The position numbers and the translations under genes were made by a program. A model generated the notes under the pieces. It was not told the origin of the DNA. It made no database searches and worked only from the letters and a program-made list of their open reading frames with translations. Of a stretch of DNA of 53,507 bases, positions 46,777 through 53,507 are shown in pieces. The stretch's first letter is position 1. Each line of letters opens with the position of its first letter. Source of the DNA: a virus (taxonomy: Duplodnaviria > Caudoviricetes); the IMG/VR virus record IMGVR_UViG_3300031804_000500, positions 1 through 53,507 of that record. One strand, given 5' to 3'.

Positions 46777-47703
46777 CTATAATCTTGGCAGTTGTTCTAA
46801 CTCTATTAGTGTTGCACTCAGATTAATTTCAGGATCAGCAATCTGTCCATGCTTAACCAATCCATTGCGGATAATGATAATTGCTTCATCTTGCGTATCA
46901 GGATTGCTACTCCAAAAGTCTAAATTTCTATATAAGAATTTATATATGTCTTCGTATTCGTCTGTCCTTATTTGCTTGCATATTAAGTTTCTTGCTGTCT
47001 TTAATTTTCCTTGCTTAAACAAAGACACCATTTCTAGTCTATAATCTCCATCTGAAATTTCATCACTCTTAGGTTTTTGTAAAACATTGTTTGTAGAATT
47101 TAATTGAACTGTGTTTATTGTTTTACGTAAATCAGGATAATGTGCTCTAATATACAGTTCCAATACATCCATTTCAAATTTAATAGATTCGTCGTCTAAT
47201 ATTCGCCCTACTCTAACTGTAAATTCTGTTTCATCTAATGTTTGAATATTTAAACTCTGACACCTACTATGTATTGCTGGAATAATTCTATTAGGATAAT
47301 TACAAGTTAAAATAAATCTCAATATTTCATGATACTGCTCCATAATACCACGCAATATTGCTTGACCATTTGGTGTTAAATAATCTGCTTCGTCTAACAA
47401 TACAATCTTATACTCACCAAACGGCATTGTTTGACCAAAGTTTGTTAATCTTTCGCGCATAAGATCAACCCCATTATCTCTACTGGCATTGATTTGCAAA
47501 AAGTCGTATTCGGCAACCTTTAACTCATTGACAAGCAATAATGCCAATGTTGTTTTGCCTGTACCTGCACCACCACTAAACAGTAAATGAGGTATGCCGC
47601 CTTCACTAATCCAATTCTCTATTCGTTGTTTATGCAACAAATCGCGGAATACATATTCAGATACTTTCTTAGGTCTGTACTTTTCTACCCAGAGTTCTTT
47701 CAT
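46777..47703 (-). CDS. Clamp loader ATPase (gp44/RFC small subunit-like)
   Basis: WVEKYRP, GGAGTGKTT, INAS, LDEAD, SRC. Confidence 0.93.
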   Translation of the reverse strand: MKELWVEKYRPKKVSEYVFRDLLHKQRIENWISEGGIPHLLFSGGAGTGKTTLALLLVNELKVAEYDFLQINASRDNGVDLMRERLTNFGQTMPFGEYKIVLLDEADYLTPNGQAILRGIMEQYHEILRFILTCNYPNRIIPAIHSRCQSLNIQTLDETEFTVRVGRILDDESIKFEMDVLELYIRAHYPDLRKTINTVQLNSTNNVLQKPKSDEISDGDYRLEMVSLFKQGKLKTARNLICKQIRTDEYEDIYKFLYRNLDFWSSNPDTQDEAIIIIRNGLVKHGQIADPEINLSATLIELEQLPRL

Positions 47704-47963
47704 GACCACTTCAGTTTTTCTATTAGTACTATTTTACTATCATCTAATGAAATTGTCAATTCGTCTAGGGAAAACCCTTCCCAATAAAAGTCTTTGCCGT
47801 ATTCTAAACCTATATTACCCAAATGATTGGCTACTTTTGCAACGGCTTCCACTTGCCTATAATTTGCATTACACGCACCACCTTCAACAGACGTACCGGT
47901 TGTTTCACCCAACCATCTGTCTCTAGAGGTAACCTTGTTTATGTCTATTGTAAAAGACTTCAC
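47700..47963 (-). CDS. Hypothetical protein
   Basis: Overlaps both neighbours by 4 nt. Confidence 0.55.
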   Translation of the reverse strand: MKSFTIDINKVTSRDRWLGETTGTSVEGGACNANYRQVEAVAKVANHLGNIGLEYGKDFYWEGFSLDELTISLDDSKIVLIEKLKWS

Positions 47964-48271
47964 ACTATAGGAGCATCTTCAGAAACTAATAAAACAGCCT
48001 TTTCTTCAACAATTGAATAATTATCGATATCAGTTCCAGAAAATCTACGGGACCATCGTCCGTGTTCTACCAATACATAATCTCCAATTTTAATATCATC
48101 GGGATTTGTATCTATGTTTACATTTATTACTTGAAACCATCTAGGACGGACACCGCCCGGTCCAGAAGTAGCACTATTATCATCAGTTAAAATAATACCG
48201 CCTGCTGATGTTCGTAATCCTGTTTCTAATGCTTTACAGTATAGCCTACCAGGTAATGGTTTAAGATTCAT
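47960..48271 (-). CDS. GroES-like co-chaperonin
   Basis: LKPL, TSAGGIIL mobile loop, IKIGDYVL. Confidence 0.8.
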   Translation of the reverse strand: MNLKPLPGRLYCKALETGLRTSAGGIILTDDNSATSGPGGVRPRWFQVINVNIDTNPDDIKIGDYVLVEHGRWSRRFSGTDIDNYSIVEEKAVLLVSEDAPIV

Positions 48272-48677
48272 TTCCTGTTACCTCAATTGTTTCCATTGTT
48301 CCATCATTATATTCTATTTCTCTATATTGGCTTCCGTCGTCTCGAGTTATTATACCATCATTAACTATTGTAGAATCATTATCACGGGCCGAATCCATTG
48401 TTACAATTGGTTCTTCTTTTTTTACTTTTGGTTGTATTTTTTTTGTAGGATCTCTATCTGTAGATTTTTTTATACTTACTGCTTTGGTTGCTTTTGGGTC
48501 ACCTTCATAATATGCGGCTGTAATAATTCCTCTATCGACTATTACTTCCCCATGTTCATCTAATAAGTCACCTTTTGCATTTATATTTACATTACTAACT
48601 GCTCGAGTTGTAGGATTATCATCTGCTAATGCCTGCATATTTAAAATTCTACCTCGTGCTGTTCTAACTTCTCTCAT
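48261..48677 (-). CDS. Hypothetical phage protein
   Basis: RTARG..LNM..L...N...RAV.N...NAKGD pattern. Confidence 0.65.
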   Translation of the reverse strand: MREVRTARGRILNMQALADDNPTTRAVSNVNINAKGDLLDEHGEVIVDRGIITAAYYEGDPKATKAVSIKKSTDRDPTKKIQPKVKKEEPIVTMDSARDNDSTIVNDGIITRDDGSQYREIEYNDGTMETIEVTGNES

Positions 48678-49258
48678 TTTAAAAATTCCTCCATATCTAA
48701 ATTATATTTAATACTATCTATCTTATGAACGCCTAATAGATAAAGACAATATGAAGCAACACTAGATCCTCTACCTACGCCCCATACTATATTATTTTTT
48801 CTTAATGTTTCTACAAAATAATTAAGAAACTTCAAAACAGGAATCAATCCTCGTTTTTCAAATTCAATATATTCGTCTTCTACTCTTTGTTTTTCTATAT
48901 CAGTAATACAACGTTCTGATAATAATTCTTTAATATTACAAGATTCATATTCTACAGGAAGATTCCAATTTTCTAAACAATTTTTTATATATTCTTCTTT
49001 TGATAACTTGCTAAGTTTTTCATATTTTATATTATCACCTATGTCAAAAAGTTTAGCAAATTGATTATATTTTTCTATAAATGTTGGATCTTCTGTTAAA
49101 ATTTCTGTCAATTCTATATCTCTATACACACATTCCATTATAGACTTTTCGTCTATGGACATTTCAAATCCATTTGGTGCAACACTACCATTTGGCCAAC
49201 CGCCGATTACATGAGTAGGGGCTTTACCCGATCGATATGATGTCGGCATCTTCATCAC
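48674..49258 (-). CDS. Stand-alone fragment homologous to part of DNA polymerase III alpha (DnaE)
   Basis: RVEDE...WGVGRGSSVASYCLYLLGVHKIDSIKYNL resembles the DnaE GRGSAAGS segment; start uncertain. Confidence 0.75.
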   Translation of the reverse strand: MMKMPTSYRSGKAPTHVIGGWPNGSVAPNGFEMSIDEKSIMECVYRDIELTEILTEDPTFIEKYNQFAKLFDIGDNIKYEKLSKLSKEEYIKNCLENWNLPVEYESCNIKELLSERCITDIEKQRVEDEYIEFEKRGLIPVLKFLNYFVETLRKNNIVWGVGRGSSVASYCLYLLGVHKIDSIKYNLDMEEFLK

Positions 49259-49463
49259 CTTTGTCTATTCTTTTTAATAAAGCAGCTTCGTGATAATGTT
49301 CGTATATTTGATTAGCCATTACCTGCATTTGACCTATAATGTGCTGATTTGCTCCTGCTCTATAGGCAAGCCGGATTTTCTCATTAATATCATTATACTT
49401 TTCTAGTACTTGTTCTTGTGTTAACTCTTTAAAATCAGGAAACGGACTAAAAGGATCTGCCAT
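49224..49463 (-). CDS. Hypothetical protein
   Basis: AGGAG Shine-Dalgarno; coupled to the upstream gene. Confidence 0.65.
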   Translation of the reverse strand: MADPFSPFPDFKELTQEQVLEKYNDINEKIRLAYRAGANQHIIGQMQVMANQIYEHYHEAALLKRIDKGDEDADIISIG

Positions 49464-49864
49464 TATATGTCTCCTTCTTTTCGCTGTTCTGATTTTGATG
49501 CATCAAATTCTCCACCCGGATAACGTTTTTTTAATTTCTCTACATTCTTAATTATAACATCATTTGGATCTAAATGCAATGCCAAACATGCCTGCGTCCA
49601 ATACCACATTATATCTCCAAGTTCACGTTCCATATGATGTTTAGCATCTTCATCTAACGGCTTGCCTTGAAACGTACATTTTTTTACAATTTCACTAAAC
49701 TCACCTGACTCTGAACCAAGTCCTATACTAGCAGTCAACAGGCGAGGTATTTCAACAAACATATTAAGTTCCCACAACCGTTCAACTAATACAGCAGGGT
49801 CTTTTGATTCTTTGGATGTTACTTCATCTACAAAGTGTTTGTATTTGTTTAAATCTATTTCCAT
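49463..49864 (-). CDS. MazG-like nucleotide pyrophosphohydrolase
   Basis: ESGEFSE..KK...ELGDIMWY...N..KL..RY. Confidence 0.88.
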   Translation of the reverse strand: MEIDLNKYKHFVDEVTSKESKDPAVLVERLWELNMFVEIPRLLTASIGLGSESGEFSEIVKKCTFQGKPLDEDAKHHMERELGDIMWYWTQACLALHLDPNDVIIKNVEKLKKRYPGGEFDASKSEQRKEGDI

Positions 49865-50008
49865 TTAATGAATTATTAAATAAACAATACCAGCAACGAT
49901 AATTATATCAGCACAGATACTCCATACGATATATGCTTTAAACATATATGATACTATTCTCCTTGCAGGATTGGATAACGAATCTATTTGGTCCCGGAGG
50001 AACTTCAT
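49865..50008 (-). CDS. Small membrane protein (47 aa)
   Basis: Not in the ORF track. AGGAGG Shine-Dalgarno; MKFLRDQIDSLSNPARRIVSYMFKAYIVWSICADIIIVAGIVYLIIH; its stop abuts the MazG start. Confidence 0.65.
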   Translation of the reverse strand: MKFLRDQIDSLSNPARRIVSYMFKAYIVWSICADIIIVAGIVYLIIH

Positions 50009-50032
50009 TAGTTCCTCCTTGAATTAATTCTG

Positions 50033-50350
50033 TCATAGTTGAAAACTCTCTCCGCAACCACAGGAACTAGTATTTGGAATGCTTACTTTAAAAGCAGGCA
50101 TAAAATCACCAGTATAATCTATGGTTGCATTTTCCATATATGTAATAGTAACTTTATCTATTAATAATTGGTTATTGCCTTCGTCTAATTTAAATGGTAC
50201 ATCTCCTTCTTCTAATTCAGAAGAAGATTCCCATTTACCTATTAACCCAGAACAACCGCCGCCATCTAATGCATAACGTACATAATTTACGTTATTCTTT
50301 TCCAATATATGTAACATCTGTTCTTTGGCGGCTTCTGTAATGGTTATCAT
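50033..50350 (-). CDS. A-type Fe-S cluster carrier (IscA/HesB family)
   Basis: ITITEAA, GGGCSG, CGCGESF. Confidence 0.92.
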   Translation of the reverse strand: MITITEAAKEQMLHILEKNNVNYVRYALDGGGCSGLIGKWESSSELEEGDVPFKLDEGNNQLLIDKVTITYMENATIDYTGDFMPAFKVSIPNTSSCGCGESFQL

Positions 50351-50362
50351 AACAGTATTTAT

Positions 50363-50602
50363 CTAGCCTCGTTGTGCTTTTCTAAATGCCATAAGATCTT
50401 CAACCATTTCCCGTTTAGACTTTCTACGATCTAATTTAATGCCTTCTTGCTCTCCTTGATGATCAAGTCTGAGTTTTGACATTTTCATTAATGCAGTCTT
50501 ACTAGGTAATCTGACTTTCTTCTCTGGCGGTGGCGGTGCAGGCTCATATGTTTGACCATACGAACCTAGATCACTAAAAAACTTCTTTATCCATTTCCAC
50601 AT
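50363..50602 (-). CDS. Hypothetical protein
   Basis: AAGGAGGT Shine-Dalgarno; GIKLDRRKSK motif. Confidence 0.7.
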   Translation of the reverse strand: MWKWIKKFFSDLGSYGQTYEPAPPPPEKKVRLPSKTALMKMSKLRLDHQGEQEGIKLDRRKSKREMVEDLMAFRKAQRG

Positions 50603-50613
50603 AATTTACCTCC

Positions 50614-51186
50614 TTATTTTGCTAATTTGCGGTAACAATTTTGTATACCGACTATTTGCCTCCAACAATCCATTAATGCATGATGTTTACTTCCTTCAGG
50701 CATTTCAGGATTTTCTAAGGCATATATTGTTCTACAATCTCGTATCTCCCAAAAGTTCCACGGATTGCCTCTATTTAATTTTCTATTATAATCCTCTATT
50801 ATCATTATGTCAAATATAGAACCATTTGACCAAAAGGCTTTTGCACCAAAACACCATTTATGAAAATCTGTTAAAACAGTTTCAATTGAATGTCTATCGT
50901 CTTCTGCAAATGCCTCATCTCTAACTTTATCGTCTTGTTTTGCCCACCAATCTATAGTGTGTTCATCTATTGTTTGACCTAGGCATACACAACTTTCTAA
51001 ATCTATTCTTTTGTAGAAACTATGTTTACTATTAAATATTCGTTCTTCTGTTTCTTTCCTTGCATCATTGCAAGGATTAAATTTCATTGCCGCGAACGTT
51101 AAAATTACTGCATCAGGTTTAGTTGACAATGTTTCTAGGTCAACCATAACATGCAATTCTTTTGCTTTAGTCACTAGGAAGTTCAC
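50614..51186 (-). CDS. DEDDh 3'-5' exonuclease
   Basis: MVDLETL, NGSIFD, RDCRT, HHALMD. Confidence 0.88.
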   Translation of the reverse strand: MNFLVTKAKELHVMVDLETLSTKPDAVILTFAAMKFNPCNDARKETEERIFNSKHSFYKRIDLESCVCLGQTIDEHTIDWWAKQDDKVRDEAFAEDDRHSIETVLTDFHKWCFGAKAFWSNGSIFDIMIIEDYNRKLNRGNPWNFWEIRDCRTIYALENPEMPEGSKHHALMDCWRQIVGIQNCYRKLAK

Positions 51187-51772
51187 GATTTTCTACTATT
51201 TTATCTGCTAATCCATAATCAACAGATTCTTGTGCAGTTAAAAAATTATCTCTATCCATGTCTGCAACTAATTGCTGATATGATTTATTTTTTGAATTAT
51301 GTTTTGCATAAATCTGAGTTAATTCTTCTTTTACCCTGAGCAATTCTTTTGTACGAATTTCTATATCCGATGCTTGACCACTCATTCCGCCTAATGGTTG
51401 ATGTACCATGTGTCTACTATGCGGTAATATCCAACGTTTACCGGGAGCACCTGCCTGTGCTAAAAGAGACCCCATTGATGCCGCTTGGCCCATAACAATG
51501 GTACATATATCTGGTGCAATGAATTGCATTGTATCATATACTGCCATACCTGATGTAACTGTTCCGCCAGGAGAATTTATATACATAAAAATATCTTTTT
51601 CAGAATTCTCACTTTCAAGAAACAATAATTGACTTACTATTAAACTAGATGCTCGATTTTCAATCTCGTCATCTAACATTATAATACGGTCTTTAAGCAG
51701 TCGACTATATATATCGTACGATCGCTCTCCTTTGTCTGTTTGTTCTATAACAATTGGTACTAGATTTGCCAT
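51167..51772 (-). CDS. clpP: ATP-dependent Clp protease proteolytic subunit
   Basis: [23 protein letters not shown] (Ser), HQP (His), DRD (Asp). Confidence 0.97.
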   Translation of the reverse strand: MANLVPIVIEQTDKGERSYDIYSRLLKDRIIMLDDEIENRASSLIVSQLLFLESENSEKDIFMYINSPGGTVTSGMAVYDTMQFIAPDICTIVMGQAASMGSLLAQAGAPGKRWILPHSRHMVHQPLGGMSGQASDIEIRTKELLRVKEELTQIYAKHNSKNKSYQQLVADMDRDNFLTAQESVDYGLADKIVENRELPSD

Positions 51773-51778
51773 ATCTAC

Positions 51779-51807
51779 ATAATACGCTATTTTTCTTGTT
51801 TTGTCAA
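51779..51807 (-). promoter_or_regulatory. Sigma70-type promoter, probably giving a leaderless clpP mRNA
   Basis: TTGACA-N17-TATTAT-N6-ATG. Confidence 0.7.
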
Positions 51808-52199
51808 GTCAAATGACTCACTTTTGTTTCTGTACGTTGAAGTGCCGGTGTGCCAACATCAGCATATTGACCATCTTCAAATTTATAATAAAGATCGTAC
51901 TTTCCATCTTCTGGAAGTTTGAACTTATGTACTTCTGTACCTGGTATCCATTGTACTGAATAAACGTCTCGAGAAAAGTTACCGTCAGCGGTCACTCTTT
52001 TAGCAAGTGCAAGACTATCCCAAAATTCTTTTGTATGATTTTCCTTAACCGTCGCGGTTGCCATAGCATCGTTCGTCCGCCTATATTTTGGATGCATTGC
52101 CAGTGATGACATTTCTTCTATTACAATTGACGAATCTCCGGGTATTGTTTCTAGGTAGTCTTCTACGTCTTCCCATTTCGCACATATATAAGATTTCAT
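51804..52199 (-). CDS. Hypothetical protein
   Basis: GGAG Shine-Dalgarno; fits the tiling. Confidence 0.6.
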   Translation of the reverse strand: MKSYICAKWEDVEDYLETIPGDSSIVIEEMSSLAMHPKYRRTNDAMATATVKENHTKEFWDSLALAKRVTADGNFSRDVYSVQWIPGTEVHKFKLPEDGKYDLYYKFEDGQYADVGTPALQRTETKVSHLT

Positions 52200-52230
52200 T
52201 CTGGAAGTTCTCCAATTGGTAGGCTTTTTC

Positions 52231-52437
52231 TCACCTAGGTAAATGTCTAGGATTTCTCACCTGATTCCAGGGATGTCCTGGTTTCTTCCAAGGATCCTCA
52301 GACAGGTCACTTTGTAATCGCTTTACTAGCACTGTCAGTGTAGTTACAGCCTGTTCCAGCTCATCTACCTGCTTATGTAGGGTATTTAATTTACTAGAAG
52401 ATCGTTGTGTACTGAACACATCTATATTAGCACTCAT
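52231..52437 (-). CDS. Hypothetical coiled-coil protein
   Basis: ATGA-coupled to the upstream gene. Confidence 0.55.
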   Translation of the reverse strand: MSANIDVFSTQRSSSKLNTLHKQVDELEQAVTTLTVLVKRLQSDLSEDPWKKPGHPWNQVRNPRHLPR

Positions 52438-52772
52438 GATAGTGGTAGTCGAAATATAAGACTTGCACGTTTTTTAATAATTTGAATATTATTTTCGTCT
52501 GCAAATTTTTCAACTTCTCTTGCTTCTTTAGATATTTTATCTCTGACATTAGGTGCTTCGACTTTAATAGCAATAAACTTTTCTCTAAAATTAAGATATA
52601 CTCTACTACGAAAAAAGGCTCGTACTACCATAGTCTTAAACGTTTCTGCTTTATATACTTGTTCTTGAGAATATAATTCTACATTCTGCTTACTTCTTTT
52701 TTCAGCATCTTCTGCACAAAGCCATTTGGGCAATTTTGAACGTTGTTCTTCTTCTACATCTGTATAGGCCAT
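52434..52772 (-). CDS. Hypothetical protein
   Basis: AGGAG Shine-Dalgarno. Confidence 0.65.
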   Translation of the reverse strand: MAYTDVEEEQRSKLPKWLCAEDAEKRSKQNVELYSQEQVYKAETFKTMVVRAFFRSRVYLNFREKFIAIKVEAPNVRDKISKEAREVEKFADENNIQIIKKRASLIFRLPLS

Positions 52773-52897
52773 ATTATACTCCTATAGTAGTTAAATTCGC
52801 GGGGGCGATTTTTAGGTATTTTCGGTCTGCCCCAGGACCTCCGCTACGGCTGAGGTTTTTTGTTATTGTGTCCTCTGCGTATGCACCCTGATTTATA

Positions 52898-53128
52898 TTA
52901 TCTTCGATTCTCTCTAAATTCGGTTAATTCTATTTCGTTGCGTTCTACCCATCTGTCATGTTTACTATCTTTGCAAGATACAATAAGGATTCCTTCTTTT
53001 TTACCAAAGCAAATTGTTTCTGGATTAATTTCTAGGACTTCCCATTCGTATTTGCCTTCTTGTGCTCGTAATTGCCTATTACGATTATTAGTCGGCAACA
53101 ATTCTACAATGTCTCCTACTTTAAGCAC
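52898..53128 (-). CDS. Small hypothetical protein (SH3/KOW-like start)
   Basis: LKVGDIVEL; overlaps the upstream stop. Confidence 0.55.
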   Translation of the reverse strand: MLKVGDIVELLPTNNRNRQLRAQEGKYEWEVLEINPETICFGKKEGILIVSCKDSKHDRWVERNEIELTEFRENRR

Positions 53129-53507
53129 CTTCGACTTCCGCCAGTCTCATTTCAACGAAACGCAATGCGTTATTATCAAAACCACCAACGTGCCAATTAT
53201 ATTCTTCCATTGGCGTATAACCTGTCTTGTAATCGTATACGGTTGCAATAACACTAGCACTGTCATCCATGCCACCATCATCTGGGTCACCTCCACCAAC
53301 AGCAAATGCCAATACCCATTCTGCTGTTACCTTATCGCCAGCATCATAATCGGCGTAATAAGGAGGACTGCCTTTTCCTAACCACGAACTGCCAGTATCA
53401 GTCGGTTCACCAAATGCTTCCACTAACTTTTTATACGTTGTCTTAACATAACCTGTAAGACTTGTACCAACAACAGGAACTCGGTCGCTATTTGTAAATG
53501 CCATCAT
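53121..53507 (-). CDS. Hypothetical phage protein at the window edge
   Basis: GTSL.G...TY..LV..FGEP...DKV..EW...ATVYDYK...WHVGG pattern. Confidence 0.65.
   Translation of the reverse strand: MMAFTNSDRVPVVGTSLTGYVKTTYKKLVEAFGEPTDTGSSWLGKGSPPYYADYDAGDKVTAEWVLAFAVGGGDPDDGGMDDSASVIATVYDYKTGYTPMEEYNWHVGGFDNNALRFVEMRLAEVEGA

Noticed and set aside
709-53381. Numerous + strand ORFs in the track (e.g. 11016..11498, 19086..19544, 21736..22161, 52860..53381)
   Set aside because: They lie antisense to well-supported minus-strand genes and show no recognisable motifs; only 33738..34061 fills a real gap.
1-53507. Stop-codon reassignment as seen in some jumbo phages
   Set aside because: Conserved genes are full length in the standard code, and TAA, TGA and TAG all end genes at tight junctions.

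Overview
AT-rich, gene-dense segment of a large (jumbo-type) tailed dsDNA phage with T4-like replication and late-promoter signals. It uses the standard genetic code, and only one credible gene (33738..34061) lies on the + strand. From left to right it contains: (1) a late-promoter cassette of a small protein, a radical SAM enzyme, a GNAT, two 2OG-Fe(II) oxygenases and the start of a further probable radical SAM gene; (2) thyA, a MoaD/ThiS-like Gly-Gly protein, DHFR and a methyltransferase; (3) a MoxR-type ATPase/VWA-metallopeptidase pair behind a perfect sigma70 promoter with three IHF-consensus sites; (4) RNase H and a 7-deazaguanine cluster (queE, queD, PRTase, folE, GT-B glycosyltransferase, DpdL-like T-fold protein, TGT/DpdA-like transglycosylase; no queC in the window) directly downstream of the family B polymerase and sliding clamp; (5) a run of Glu-rich putative internal head proteins; (6) an atypical long-variable-arm tRNA-Asn(GUU) 8 nt downstream of a catalytic-domain-only AsnRS/AspRS paralog; (7) virion and tail-fibre-like genes; (8) isocitrate lyase, ClpA, peptide deformylase, DnaJ, clamp loader, GroES, a DnaE fragment, MazG, IscA, an exonuclease and ClpP. 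The best candidates for undescribed systems are the truncated aaRS plus non-canonical tRNA pair, the glycosyltransferase/PRTase-containing deazaguanine pathway that may be clamp-coupled, and the RiPP-like tailoring cassette. All family calls come from motifs recognised by eye; no database searches were run.
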